DNA from: Escherichia phage kvi
Strand: one strand, 5' to 3'
Sequence record: MN850615.1
DNA length: 64,000 nt
Of this stretch, positions 37,524 to 47,105 are shown one piece after another. Made by a program: the position numbers and the translations under genes. Each line of letters opens with the position of its first letter. The stretch's first letter is position 1. The notes under the pieces were generated by a model. The model was not told where the DNA came from and did no database searches. It saw only the letters and a list, made by a program, of their open reading frames with translations.

Positions 37524-39386
37524 TTACATGTGCTTAACGCGGTTTACCATCTCGGAGTGTTTCCCGTGGTTAAATGGACGCAGATCAACAGATCCAAGAT
37601 ATCCACTAACGCGACGGATAACATTCATCTTTTCCAGATTGTCATTGCCGCAATCAGGACAAACAAAACCAGACTCGGTTGCTCTCATTTCCTTAGTAGA
37701 TCCGCATACATGACATACATCAGAAGGAGTATTAACACCGAAGTAGTGCAATTTATCCATTGCATAGTCTACTACAGTTTCAAGACCTTTCAGGTTGTTT
37801 TTCATGTCTGGGAACTCAACATAAGAGATCATGCCACCGGACGCCAGCCAGTGATAATCTTTCTCAAAGTCGATTTTCTCAAATGGAGTGACTTTCCGGT
37901 CTACGTCAAGGTGGAATGAGTTGGTGTACCAGTCTTTATCGGTAGCACCCTTAACAATACCAAATTTCTCTCTGTCCAGTCGATTAAATCGATAGCAAAG
38001 ACTCTCGGCTGGCGTACCGTAAAGACTAAACCCAAGTCCGGTTTCGTCCTTCCATTTTTCAGTATAATGACGCAAGATCTTAAGAATATGTTTACCGTAT
38101 CGCTGCGCATCTTCCGAATCAAACGGATGAACACCAAACAGGACGCTCAATACCTCATGTAAACCAATATATCCAAGAGAGATACTAGCGCGACCATCTT
38201 TCAGCACTTCCAAAATTTCATCGTTTTGATGAATACGGAAAAATGCACCTTCTGTATACAGCACCGGAGCAACATTGGCTTTAGCCCCTTTTAAAGCGTC
38301 TACGCGACTCATGAGCGCATCAAAGCAAATAGGCATACGATTAGCTAGCTCTTGTTCGAATAGCTCAATTCTGCGCATTACAGACGCTTTACCAGCACGA
38401 CGAGCGGCAATAAGGGCAATACGCGGAAGATTCAGAGTCACAACACCTAAGTTATTACGTCCGTCTAATACTTCTTCGCCTTTCTCATTATGCCACACAC
38501 CCAGGAAGCTACGACAACCCATCGGGCTAACCGGAACACTAGATCCAGTGATACTACGGTTATTCTTCGCAGAGATATAATCAGGGTAAAGACGCTTACT
38601 AGAACATTCCAATGCAAGTTGCTTAATGTCGTAGTTCGGATCTTCCGGTTTAAGGTTTAATCCTTCTTCTAAGAACATCACCAGCTTAGGAAACACCGGA
38701 GTGATACCATCTTTACCTAAACCTTTAGTTCGAACGTTCAGGATCGCTTTCTGAATCAGTTTTTCTTCCCAGCTAGTACCCATACCAAAGGTTAAAGTCA
38801 CAAAAGGAGTTTGACCGTTGGTGGAGAACAAAGTGTTGATTTCATATTCCAACGCTTGATACCCGTCTAACGTTTCTTTTTCTGTCTTCTCTTGTGCATA
38901 GAGAGTATCAGCTTTGATTCCGTAGGTTTCGGCATCAGCAAGGTGTTTATGATATGTTTTCTTAACATACGGTGCTAACACCTGATCAATGTTTGCAATT
39001 GTGGTCCCGCCATATTGATGACTTGCCACCTGTGCGATAATTTGAGCGGTTACAGCACAAGCAACGCCGATTGATTTCGGACTTTCGATTTGTGCGCTAC
39101 CCAATTTAAAACCATTCTCTAGCATGTCTTTAAGATTAACAAGACAGCAGTTAGTAAACGGCATAGCGGGTGCATAATCCATATCATGATAATGAATATC
39201 ACCGTCTACATGCGCTTTATAGATGTGCTCAGGTAACACGGTTTTAGCAATCTGTTTAGACACAGCACCAGCAATCAGATCTCGACGTGTCGGGAATGTT
39301 CGCGCGTCTTTGTTCGCGTTCTCTTTGCTTACTTCGTTTTCTTTACCCGTTGCGATCTCTGTAATGTCTTTGATTAGTTTTTCCAT
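37524..39386 (-). CDS. nrdD: anaerobic ribonucleoside-triphosphate reductase
   Basis: 620 aa; C-terminal glycyl-radical motif RVSGYLG and CxxC zinc site (CHVCGS…CPDCG); uninterrupted ORF. Confidence 0.95.
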   Translation of the reverse strand: MEKLIKDITEIATGKENEVSKENANKDARTFPTRRDLIAGAVSKQIAKTVLPEHIYKAHVDGDIHYHDMDYAPAMPFTNCCLVNLKDMLENGFKLGSAQIESPKSIGVACAVTAQIIAQVASHQYGGTTIANIDQVLAPYVKKTYHKHLADAETYGIKADTLYAQEKTEKETLDGYQALEYEINTLFSTNGQTPFVTLTFGMGTSWEEKLIQKAILNVRTKGLGKDGITPVFPKLVMFLEEGLNLKPEDPNYDIKQLALECSSKRLYPDYISAKNNRSITGSSVPVSPMGCRSFLGVWHNEKGEEVLDGRNNLGVVTLNLPRIALIAARRAGKASVMRRIELFEQELANRMPICFDALMSRVDALKGAKANVAPVLYTEGAFFRIHQNDEILEVLKDGRASISLGYIGLHEVLSVLFGVHPFDSEDAQRYGKHILKILRHYTEKWKDETGLGFSLYGTPAESLCYRFNRLDREKFGIVKGATDKDWYTNSFHLDVDRKVTPFEKIDFEKDYHWLASGGMISYVEFPDMKNNLKGLETVVDYAMDKLHYFGVNTPSDVCHVCGSTKEMRATESGFVCPDCGNDNLEKMNVIRRVSGYLGSVDLRPFNHGKHSEMVNRVKHM

Positions 39387-39399
39387 TGTATCACCTATT

Positions 39400-39420
39400 A
39401 AAAAGCGGGATTTCTCCCGC
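39400..39420 (-). terminator. rho-independent terminator upstream of nrdD
   Basis: GCGGGA-GAAA-UCCCGC hairpin followed by UUUUU on minus strand. Confidence 0.55.
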
Positions 39421-39430
39421 TCGTTGATAG

Positions 39431-39925
39431 TTATTTTACCAGTTCTGCTAATTCTTTTTCTTTAGCTTCTAGTTCAGCTTTAAGCTGTTTAATCTCTTGT
39501 CGCTTCTTATTAGCGGCTTCTTGCTTACTATTTCGGATAACCTGATCTAGATACAACTCCCAATCCTGAATATTTTTGATAATGTAACCGTCAACATTAA
39601 TTGGTCGGAGATTCAGTACAGCTTCCAGTTTAGTTGCAAAAACTTTAATTGCTGGTGTGAAGTATTCATACTCGTTATCTTCAAACCAATAACCTAGACT
39701 TGCATTCTCAATACGAAGATGAAGTTTAAGATCAAGGTCTTTATCATCGGTATATAGGTCTTTTACACACCCCATAGAATTAACAACAACTTTAAAACGA
39801 ATTTTATCTACACCACCAAACACATCTTCAAGAATATCAGCAATTGAGCTATTAGCGCAAGATTGGTCGCTGAATGCGTCAAGATTTTCTTTAGTTACAG
39901 TATACCAAACATCTTGTACCCACAT
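39431..39925 (-). CDS. hypothetical protein (164 aa)
   Basis: minus-strand ORF with GAGGA RBS downstream of a PeSL promoter. Confidence 0.45.
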   Translation of the reverse strand: MWVQDVWYTVTKENLDAFSDQSCANSSIADILEDVFGGVDKIRFKVVVNSMGCVKDLYTDDKDLDLKLHLRIENASLGYWFEDNEYEYFTPAIKVFATKLEAVLNLRPINVDGYIIKNIQDWELYLDQVIRNSKQEAANKKRQEIKQLKAELEAKEKELAELVK

Positions 39926-39955
39926 AATATAATCCTCTCGTTGTTAAGTGGGAGT

Positions 39956-39983
39956 ATTATAGCATACTCCCTTCGCATGTCAA
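39956..39983 (-). promoter_or_regulatory. sigma70-type early promoter (PeSL)
   Basis: TTGACA (39983-39978), 16-nt spacer, TATAAT (39961-39956); GGGAGTA…TACTCCC inverted repeat over the -10. Confidence 0.55.
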
Positions 39984-41158
39984 ACACTAACTTTTTTCTT
40001 TACTGCTTTCACCTTCTGGCGAATTGCTCGAATCTCTTCGATCTCTTTTTCAGTCTCTTTAACAATTTCTTTGCGATTCTGAATATCTGTATCGAGATTA
40101 TCATCAAGTTTAGGCAGCATGTCAATCAAGAACTTTTTAAGGTCTTTCAGGTTTCGAATAACAGCACCTTCGCCCATTACCGCAACACCCACACCATCCG
40201 GCAGATCACCAAACAGCTTAACCAGTTCAGACAGATGATCATGATCTTCTAGTGCTTCTTCCGGTTCAGATGGCAGTTCAACAAAGTTATAACGTTCATC
40301 ATTGCTGATCAAGTGATACCAGCAAAGCCCGAAAGATTTCGGTGTATATTCTACACCATCAATTTCAACCGCGTCAACACTTCCATAATCATCTACTTTA
40401 GTTACCTTAAATCCTTGTCCCAGCTTTTGAACAATTTCAACAACATGACTTGATACAGTTTCAGCGGTAAACCAATATGGCAAATTATGCTGATTTGGCT
40501 TGTAGCGTTCACCTACTTTAAATCTCTGACCATCCGCTTGCATAGCATGAAATTGTTGTTTCGTGATTTCCGCGAAGTATTCAAATTCGCTACCGTCAAA
40601 CAAGCAATTCCATTGATCACAAAAACGATCTGCCTTAACGGTTTCACCTTTCGCGGTGATCATGGTAGCTGATCCGTGCAATTCTTCTTCAACTAAAAAG
40701 CCATATTCGACAAAATCAACAAGTTTCATGGCTTCTTTGTGCTCTGGGTCATGCTCTCCCCAGAATCGCTTAAATTCTTGCAAACCTTCTGGGGTAAACG
40801 AATAACATTTACCTTTTTCAAAGTAAGTCGGCATTGCATCCTCTTTCTTGTTCATCGCTTCGTATGCCTCTTTTGAGATACGTTTAAAGTATTTGCGCTC
40901 ATTGTGCATAATCATAGTAGACCAATAATAAACGATATCCTCAGCGGAATAAACTACATCTCCAGCTTCAATAGTAATAACATGACCGTGGTCATCTTTT
41001 TCTAATACTTTAAAGCCCTTTTCTACGATTTCAGCAACCCGAATATGACCACGGCGCGAAGCATCGGTCAGAATAATTGAATAGCGAGAAAAGTCTAGAA
41101 ACTCATCTTTACCGCCTTCACGGAATGCATAGTAATGACCTTCAAAGAATTTAGCCAT
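39980..41158 (-). CDS. hypothetical multi-repeat protein (392 aa), paralogue family 2
   Basis: three internal modules GF(K/L)V…G.V……ERKYF shared with the next two ORFs. Confidence 0.5.
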   Translation of the reverse strand: MAKFFEGHYYAFREGGKDEFLDFSRYSIILTDASRRGHIRVAEIVEKGFKVLEKDDHGHVITIEAGDVVYSAEDIVYYWSTMIMHNERKYFKRISKEAYEAMNKKEDAMPTYFEKGKCYSFTPEGLQEFKRFWGEHDPEHKEAMKLVDFVEYGFLVEEELHGSATMITAKGETVKADRFCDQWNCLFDGSEFEYFAEITKQQFHAMQADGQRFKVGERYKPNQHNLPYWFTAETVSSHVVEIVQKLGQGFKVTKVDDYGSVDAVEIDGVEYTPKSFGLCWYHLISNDERYNFVELPSEPEEALEDHDHLSELVKLFGDLPDGVGVAVMGEGAVIRNLKDLKKFLIDMLPKLDDNLDTDIQNRKEIVKETEKEIEEIRAIRQKVKAVKKKVSV

Positions 41159-41189
41159 AATATAATCCTCTCGTTGTTTAGACGGGAGT

Positions 41190-41218
41190 ATCTTACTACT
41201 CCCGTTTCATCATGTCAA
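41190..41218 (-). promoter_or_regulatory. sigma70-type early promoter (PeSL)
   Basis: TTGACA (41218-41213), 17-nt spacer, TAAGAT (41195-41190); GGGAGTA…TACTCCC inverted repeat. Confidence 0.5.
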
Positions 41219-41799
41219 GCGTTAAATGACTTTTGGATCTCTTTCAGTTCAGCTACTTTATCGGCGCTGAATTTAGCGTAGGCATCATGTCGAATAATTT
41301 CACTTTCAAGAAAGGTTTCCAGCCGAGATCTATTTTCAATAAGGAACTCTTTCAGGTCTTCCGCGTTCTTGATAAAGATTTTATTGTCGGTAATGTCATC
41401 TTCAATCGCAAAGGAGATAGAGCGAACTTTACCAAACAAGTTAATCAGATCTTCCAGCGATTCTTCATTCTTAACTGGTTTCATTTCTTCAAACTGCTTT
41501 TTAGTGATGCGTTTAAAGTATTTGCGCTCGTTTGCAGCAATCAGAACAGATGCACCTTCATACCCATGAGTTTCTACCAGATACACACGCCCCATCGCAT
41601 CAACAGTGAGAACTTTAAAGCCGTTACAAAGCACGTCATACAAGAACTTATTATGTTGCGGACATCGTTTGATAAATTCTGCGGCTGTTTCTGCATTACG
41701 GAAAGTGTAATAACGACCTCGTTCAAAAACAGCATCATTTGAAGACTTAGCCGGATACAATTTATACGTTTTCTGTACCATAATATAATCCTCTATCAT
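41215..41799 (-). CDS. hypothetical protein (194 aa), paralogue family 2
   Basis: module …NGFKVLTVDAMGRVYLVE…ERKYFKRITKKQFEEM…. Confidence 0.45.
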   Translation of the reverse strand: MIEDYIMVQKTYKLYPAKSSNDAVFERGRYYTFRNAETAAEFIKRCPQHNKFLYDVLCNGFKVLTVDAMGRVYLVETHGYEGASVLIAANERKYFKRITKKQFEEMKPVKNEESLEDLINLFGKVRSISFAIEDDITDNKIFIKNAEDLKEFLIENRSRLETFLESEIIRHDAYAKFSADKVAELKEIQKSFNA

Positions 41800-42128
41800 T
41801 TCACTAATTGAACAGCACGGAACAGAATGCGCTCACACGGAAGCAGCATAAATTCCCAACGCGGATCAAAGTCTTTAGCGGTGTATGTTTTCCCATCAAC
41901 CGAGATTTCACTTACATAACCAACAGGTGACACTTTAAGAACAGTAAACCCATTCTTGATGACTTCGTAAGTATCTTTCACCCCTTCGTATTCATCATCT
42001 AAGAAGTCTTTATGTGCTTGCTCAGATTTAAAAACATAGGCCACACCGGATTTAAACATCTTACGCATTGTTGATTCTCCTTCTTGATTAGATGGGAGTA
42101 TTTTACTACTCCCATTTCTTATTGTCAA
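41796..42128 (-). CDS. hypothetical protein (110 aa), paralogue family 2
   Basis: module …NGFTVLKVSPVGYVSEISVDGKTYT…. Confidence 0.4.
   Translation of the reverse strand: MTIRNGSSKILPSNQEGESTMRKMFKSGVAYVFKSEQAHKDFLDDEYEGVKDTYEVIKNGFTVLKVSPVGYVSEISVDGKTYTAKDFDPRWEFMLLPCERILFRAVQLVK
42099..42127 (-). promoter_or_regulatory. sigma70-type early promoter (PeSL)
   Basis: TTGACA (42127-42122), 17-nt spacer, TAAAAT (42104-42099); GGGAGTA…TACTCCC inverted repeat. Confidence 0.5.
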
Positions 42129-42131
42129 CTA

Positions 42132-42605
42132 CTATCTTAATCTTTGTATGAATTGTTTCTTATACTTCTTCGTGATCTCTTCTCTTGTATCCGCGTCACA
42201 GTAATCGAAACCTTCTGCGTCCATAATAGCAACCATCTCCGCTCGTGTCAAGCGTGAAAATCGTTTTACTTTATCAACAGCATATTGAGGATGTAAATGA
42301 TTGTTGGTGTAGTCTCCTTTGATGTAATTAACATAGTTTGTAGCCCAAACAACGAAATCAGCACCTAAAGCACCAACACCAAACCGTTTAAAGTCTCCGG
42401 TCAACGATCCTTCTAGGCGGTTGCAACACGAATGAAGCAATCCCCTTACGCGGCCTTGCCCTTTCCCATCTAGATCATGATCATGGTCAAGATGGTTTTT
42501 GCTCATATCCTCAAAAAGTGGCAATTGACAAAGGGGGCAAATGCCCCCCTGTTTTTCGAATAGTTCTTGTTTGTACTCTTTAGCACTCTTAGCAGTCAGT
42601 AACAT
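42132..42605 (-). CDS. 49: endonuclease VII (Holliday junction resolvase)
   Basis: 157 aa from ATG at 42605 (GGAGGGTGA RBS), same length as T4 EndoVII; motifs …CPLCQ…HLDHDH…RGLL…CN…. Confidence 0.9.
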   Translation of the reverse strand: MLLTAKSAKEYKQELFEKQGGICPLCQLPLFEDMSKNHLDHDHDLDGKGQGRVRGLLHSCCNRLEGSLTGDFKRFGVGALGADFVVWATNYVNYIKGDYTNNHLHPQYAVDKVKRFSRLTRAEMVAIMDAEGFDYCDADTREEITKKYKKQFIQRLR

Positions 42606-42629
42606 AAATTCACCCTCCAAAGAAGGTAT

Positions 42630-42923
42630 TTAACCATTAATCTTGTTTTTGACTACAAAGGATCTGAACTCATCAAAACCACCTATATAATCACCATTAT
42701 AGAAAATCTGCGGCATGGTGGCAATAACTTCTACCCCTGCGCGATCCTGAATGTCGGCAATGATAGAATCAATCTTTACCGGACGACCGTTTTCGTCTAC
42801 ACCATCATTAACCGGAATGTAGATGTAAGGGATCTTACGCGATTCACAAAGGCGCTTTGCATTCTGGCAATACTTACAGTTGTAACCTTCAAAACCAAAA
42901 ATTTCTACCATATTATACCTCAA
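42630..42923 (-). CDS. nrdC: thioredoxin/glutaredoxin NrdC
   Basis: CKYCQNAKRL active-site region and …MPQIF…IGGFDEF… tail match T4 NrdC as recalled. Confidence 0.8.
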   Translation of the reverse strand: MRYNMVEIFGFEGYNCKYCQNAKRLCESRKIPYIYIPVNDGVDENGRPVKIDSIIADIQDRAGVEVIATMPQIFYNGDYIGGFDEFRSFVVKNKING

Positions 42924-43732
42924 TCTACGTTAGTTACATAAACTTCTTGCGTATCAGAAGACTTGCCACCTGAACGATCTAGGCAATAGGTCTTATTCAA
43001 CAGGACGCAGTTTAGATCATTCCGCTTGATAAAGTCAAGAAGATGATCATTTACCTTTCCCTTATGATGCGTGACATTACTGATACCAAACTGAAAACCA
43101 CGCGCCATAATAGATTCTACCCACTGATAGAATTTAATCTCTTCCTCGTCACTCCAGAACTTATTATATTCCGCAGAAGTGATAAGATACGGCGGGTCCA
43201 AATAAACGAAATCACCTGGCAAGATCTCGATCTCGTCATAGCGACCAGACGTAAAACTGATTCGACCGTCTTTGTTTTCTTCCTTAAAATTCAGGACACG
43301 CTCTACCGCGTTTTCGTTAAAAGTCCGGCGACCAAAATTAGCATTAAATTCGCCCTTCCGGTTATGGCGGTTAATGTTGCTAAAACTATGCTGAATCAAC
43401 ACAAACAGCGATAGCGGATCTGGATTCTCGTTATACTTCTTACGGAATGTCATGTAAGCGTCTTTATCTTCGCGAGACAAACCATTTTCGGCAATAATCC
43501 GCTTGATCGTAGAAACCGGATCAGGACACTCGTCAATGGCCTTGTAAGCGTCAATTAATTGGTGATCATAGTCATTAGCCAGCACATCCCCTTCGACGTA
43601 CAGAGACACGCTCAAGCCGCCACAAAAGGCATCAACAAAGCGGTTATAGTGCTTAGGGAAATACTTACTAACACCTGGTAATAGCTTTTCCTTATTGCCA
43701 GTATAGGGAATTAAACCTAATGCTTTCTTCAT
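42920..43732 (-). CDS. dam: DNA adenine methyltransferase (Dam, N6-adenine)
   Basis: 270 aa; …NRFVD.FCGGLSVSL… SAM-binding region and DPPY catalytic motif; colinear with T4 Dam as recalled. Confidence 0.93.
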   Translation of the reverse strand: MKKALGLIPYTGNKEKLLPGVSKYFPKHYNRFVDAFCGGLSVSLYVEGDVLANDYDHQLIDAYKAIDECPDPVSTIKRIIAENGLSREDKDAYMTFRKKYNENPDPLSLFVLIQHSFSNINRHNRKGEFNANFGRRTFNENAVERVLNFKEENKDGRISFTSGRYDEIEILPGDFVYLDPPYLITSAEYNKFWSDEEEIKFYQWVESIMARGFQFGISNVTHHKGKVNDHLLDFIKRNDLNCVLLNKTYCLDRSGGKSSDTQEVYVTNVD

Positions 43733-44163
43733 TATCCCTTCCTCAAATAAGTTCTCTCAATCTCTACCAGTTCGAAAAAATCTTGCCAGTCGCAAGGAAA
43801 ATTGCAGTTTCCGAAATGATCCTCTTTGTAAAGTTCTTTACCGGATGGCAGCTTAATATCTGTTACGCTGTAGTATCCGCAACAATCGCAATCACCCTCT
43901 GTATATTCTGTTTTAGTAGGAATATCCATCATTGCCAGATACAAAGGTACATCGTCTTGCTCAAAGTTCATGTAACCTTCATGGTCGAATGAAACAAAGT
44001 TATCATCGCCACCGAAAGGGATATAATGGTCATAATCGGTTACAGGTTGACCGTGTAATTCCCATTCTACATTTTTAACATTACCACTAAACTTTATACC
44101 CATAATTTCAACAAGAAAATGAGTATCGTCAATGTAAATCTTACTAGGGGTTGGATAAACCAT
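43732..44163 (-). CDS. hypothetical protein (143 aa), Cys-rich
   Basis: minus-strand ORF, ATGA overlap with dam. Confidence 0.45.
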   Translation of the reverse strand: MVYPTPSKIYIDDTHFLVEIMGIKFSGNVKNVEWELHGQPVTDYDHYIPFGGDDNFVSFDHEGYMNFEQDDVPLYLAMMDIPTKTEYTEGDCDCCGYYSVTDIKLPSGKELYKEDHFGNCNFPCDWQDFFELVEIERTYLRKG

Positions 44164-44173
44164 TATATAATCC

Positions 44174-44470
44174 TCATATCTCAGAGAATAGAATCTCTGT
44201 TAGCTTCACTGACTGCTCTCTGAATGTTAGCGTATACTCGAAAGGAAAGTCAACACCTAATTTCAGAAGAGAATAGCCTACCGCCTCTTTATGCTTATCG
44301 GTTAGGGCGATCCTAACCAATTCCCGTTGAATCTCTTTAGGAGGTGAATGGATAGTAACACGGGTATCATGCAATGTCCAGTCACCATTTCGAATTAAGA
44401 TTAACGGTTTATCATCATTGAAGATCACCGACCCCTTTCCGGTCGGTGAATGTTTTATATTAATCATCAA
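44174..44470 (-). CDS. hypothetical protein (98 aa)
   Basis: minus-strand ORF in tight array. Confidence 0.4.
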   Translation of the reverse strand: MMINIKHSPTGKGSVIFNDDKPLILIRNGDWTLHDTRVTIHSPPKEIQRELVRIALTDKHKEAVGYSLLKLGVDFPFEYTLTFREQSVKLTEILFSEI

Positions 44471-44681
44471 ATTCTAAGAAATATTCTGGAACGATATAAC
44501 CGTTAAAGTCATTGCACTTATAAAAATGTGGTGCATTTAATGCTGGATGAGCATTAGTAAAGAGTTTACCCTCTAGAAACAGAATGTAATTAATCGGTCT
44601 AATACCGACAGAATCAGGGTCTAAACCTTTTTCTTTCAGTTCAGCCAGCGTTAAAACTCGTCCAGATCTTAACTTAGCCAT
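44460..44681 (-). CDS. hypothetical protein (73 aa)
   Basis: minus-strand ORF in tight array. Confidence 0.4.
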   Translation of the reverse strand: MAKLRSGRVLTLAELKEKGLDPDSVGIRPINYILFLEGKLFTNAHPALNAPHFYKCNDFNGYIVPEYFLEFDD

Positions 44682-44967
44682 GATTTACCCCCAATTCATC
44701 AAGATTATGTCGCAGCATTTCAGAGTATTTTTCTACTTCCTTAATCTTAGTGTGGATCTCCACGATCTCATCCACACTATCAGAAATTTTAATGGCATTC
44801 GCGAGCGTGCTTTTACCCGCTTTCACAGTCTCTTTCATTTCAACCAACATGTCCGCGTGTTTCAATAGTAATTCTTCACGTCGAACATAAGCGGCGGTCA
44901 AAGCCTCATCAGCGATTTCTAAAGCATTTTCAGCGACACCAACAACCATTTTACGAGTAGACAGCAT
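44674..44967 (-). CDS. hypothetical protein (97 aa)
   Basis: minus-strand ORF in tight array. Confidence 0.4.
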   Translation of the reverse strand: MLSTRKMVVGVAENALEIADEALTAAYVRREELLLKHADMLVEMKETVKAGKSTLANAIKISDSVDEIVEIHTKIKEVEKYSEMLRHNLDELGVNHG

Positions 44968-44981
44968 AAATTCACCTCACA

Positions 44982-45290
44982 TTATTTCACGTTAACGCCG
45001 TCATCAATCCAGCCGACGCTATTTGGTTTAACAGTTTTACCATAGGATGCATACTTAATCAAGCATGGTTTAACATCATTATCAAATCTTCCTAAACGTA
45101 CCCCAAGATCAGGAATATCCATGTATGCGGCTTTATATCCCCATGTACAATATTCAGCATCAATCTCGACCGGGCGGCCTTTAAAAGCATATACTACACC
45201 GTGACGGTCAACGATAACATAGCAATAGCCAGCCGGAAGATACACAGTTTCGCCGTAAACTTTAACTGGAGTAGCAGAAGAGATAAACAT
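44982..45290 (-). CDS. hypothetical protein (102 aa)
   Basis: ATG at 45290 with GAGGA RBS; the track ORF extends into the promoter. Confidence 0.4.
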   Translation of the reverse strand: MFISSATPVKVYGETVYLPAGYCYVIVDRHGVVYAFKGRPVEIDAEYCTWGYKAAYMDIPDLGVRLGRFDNDVKPCLIKYASYGKTVKPNSVGWIDDGVNVK

Positions 45291-45324
45291 AATATAATCC
45301 TCACATCGTTCATTTGATGCGGTC

Positions 45325-45353
45325 ATTATATGATAACCGCATTTTCATGTCAA
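45325..45353 (-). promoter_or_regulatory. sigma70-type early promoter
   Basis: TTGACA (45353-45348), 17-nt spacer, TATAAT (45330-45325). Confidence 0.5.
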
Positions 45354-45359
45354 CAGTTT

Positions 45360-45668
45360 TTAAAAATCTTCTTCCGGTTTATATCGACCGTCATCGACTG
45401 GTTTTGGACTGAATCCTTTATGCGTGCACGGCTTCGCTTCCGGTTTACCAGCAATCATCAAACCAAAACATTTCATTCCCTTATAACACATAACAATATC
45501 AACCACGGTCCACGTTATAGGCCATACGATTGCAGCAATACAAAATGCTCCTGTATCGACCTCTTTGGTGTCCTTGTCGAATCTGGCGTACAAGCAGAAT
45601 ACTAGATACGAGATCATTGCACCAGTAGTCCAGATATAAAGCACATTAACAATATCTTGTGTTGTCAC
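45360..45668 (-). CDS. membrane protein (~102 aa)
   Basis: strong AAGGAGG RBS 5 nt before a GTG at 45668; hydrophobic segments; the track's upstream ATG lacks an RBS. Confidence 0.35.
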   Translation of the reverse strand: MTTQDIVNVLYIWTTGAMISYLVFCLYARFDKDTKEVDTGAFCIAAIVWPITWTVVDIVMCYKGMKCFGLMIAGKPEAKPCTHKGFSPKPVDDGRYKPEEDF

Positions 45669-45678
45669 ATTATCCTCC

Positions 45679-45957
45679 TTACATGTCTTGCAGTGCATAA
45701 AAGCATTTTTCTTCATAGTCATAGAAAATGTCAAAGTATGCTTTTTCCACATACTCGCCATTAATCCAAGAGGCAGTAACAATCAGAGTGGTCCAGTTAG
45801 ATCCGCTCTCAACGGTAAAGGTTTTAATACCCAGCTTCGCTGCCAAGTCGAACGCAAACCGGACGCAACCACGGCAGGAAGTGATATTGGAAGTTTTGAT
45901 TTTAAAGCCACCGCGAGTTTTAGAAATTTCTACTTTAGCGAAAGACAGGTTGCTCAT
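45679..45957 (-). CDS. hypothetical protein (92 aa)
   Basis: ATG at 45957 preceded by the conserved leader …CGAAACACACUUUCUUAAGGAGAAUCAAA. Confidence 0.4.
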   Translation of the reverse strand: MSNLSFAKVEISKTRGGFKIKTSNITSCRGCVRFAFDLAAKLGIKTFTVESGSNWTTLIVTASWINGEYVEKAYFDIFYDYEEKCFYALQDM

Positions 45958-45999
45958 TTTGATTCTCCTTAAGAAAGTGTGTTTCGTTTTGATGTGTGT

Positions 46000-46028
46000 A
46001 GTATAGGGGATCACCGATCCCCTGTCAA
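46000..46028 (-). promoter_or_regulatory. sigma70-type promoter (PeSL)
   Basis: TTGACA (46028-46023), 17-nt spacer, TATACT (46005-46000); GGGGATC…GATCCCC palindrome. Confidence 0.45.
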
Positions 46029-46036
46029 CAACTTTT

Positions 46037-46300
46037 TTATGATTTTAGTGAATTAACCACTACATCAAAATGATGTACAGAGTACACCTTATTAAACACA
46101 TATTCATCGTGTTTAGGAATAGCCCCTAATCGCTCTATTTCGCTCGCTGACACGATAAACCGTTTATCAGGTGCATTTACCTTATATGCTTCAACAACGC
46201 ACGGAAAACGCGTTTTAGAGAGTTCGGGATAGTTTTCTGACTCCATCAGGACAATGAATACCCTATTACATTGATTGTAGAATCCGGTTTTTGATTTCAT
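46037..46300 (-). CDS. hypothetical protein (~87 aa; start uncertain)
   Basis: track ORF 46037..46366 overlaps the upstream ORF by ~100 nt in another frame; internal ATG at 46300 chosen. Confidence 0.3.
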   Translation of the reverse strand: MKSKTGFYNQCNRVFIVLMESENYPELSKTRFPCVVEAYKVNAPDKRFIVSASEIERLGAIPKHDEYVFNKVYSVHHFDVVVNSLKS

Positions 46301-46607
46301 CAAGTTTTCTTCTCTGTGAAATTCGTGCAATCTTCCTTTCATGATTTCGTTGGTTCTTGTCTTCACAGTTTACCCACTCAACAAGGTCTTTACCTAACTC
46401 GAAAGCCCATTCTCGGTCCTGTTTTACGTTTTGTAGGTATGGACTTTCCGACACTCGACGAAGTGATCTTGTCGCAACAAGAATGATCCCAGGAATGTTC
46501 GGATGTTCCTTTCCATATACAATAGGACGCGAGTCACTATCAATACCCTGTAAGAAGGTGTATCCTGAATAACTTAGGATCATATACATTTTCATTTCAT
46601 CCATCAC
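46266..46607 (-). CDS. hypothetical protein (113 aa)
   Basis: ATG at 46607 with GAGGAAA RBS. Confidence 0.4.
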   Translation of the reverse strand: MMDEMKMYMILSYSGYTFLQGIDSDSRPIVYGKEHPNIPGIILVATRSLRRVSESPYLQNVKQDREWAFELGKDLVEWVNCEDKNQRNHERKIARISQRRKLDEIKNRILQSM

Positions 46608-46717
46608 AGTTTCCTCAACCAGTTATTAAAGCGAGTAAACAATGATGATTTTCGTGCTTCTTTTACTTTATGTGCACGAAAACCACCAAAACACCATTCA
46701 TAATCATCACTGAAACA

Positions 46718-46861
46718 TTATTCAACAGGAACACCCGCATTTCGTAGTTCTCTGGTCGTTATCATGAATCCTTGACATAAGGGGCGACCTTCAACAATGA
46801 TAGGAAGTTTAACTTTTTCCATGAAAGTATACCCAGCACGGTCAATAATTTCAATTTTCAT
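46718..46861 (-). CDS. small hypothetical protein (47 aa)
   Basis: start overlaps the upstream gene stop; followed by a long hairpin (46648-46680). Confidence 0.2.
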   Translation of the reverse strand: MKIEIIDRAGYTFMEKVKLPIIVEGRPLCQGFMITTRELRNAGVPVE

Positions 46862-47105
46862 TTACATTATCTCCATAGATCTTTCCAGCAATATCAATTT
46901 CACCAGCGCGAACATCTAGGATAAGATGTGGTAGGTGTATGCAGTTTTCCCACCCTACGCGCTTCATTTCTTCTACGGTAACGTAAGCCCACCCGTTCGC
47001 TGTAATAAAGTCTACTTCAACCTTGAGAGGAAAGCAAGACTTTTCTATGTCTTCGAATCCGATAATGTGTTTTGTCGTTGAATATGGAATATATCCGGTG
47101 ATCAT
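46851..47105 (-). CDS. hypothetical protein (84 aa)
   Basis: minus-strand ORF in tight array. Confidence 0.4.
   Translation of the reverse strand: MITGYIPYSTTKHIIGFEDIEKSCFPLKVEVDFITANGWAYVTVEEMKRVGWENCIHLPHLILDVRAGEIDIAGKIYGDNVNEN

Noticed and set aside
39956-39983. PeSL stem-loops as transcription terminators on the gene strand
   Set aside because: On the minus strand the inverted repeats overlapping the -10 elements are followed by the purine-rich leader and RBS, not by a U-tract; only the separate hairpins with U-runs were called terminators.
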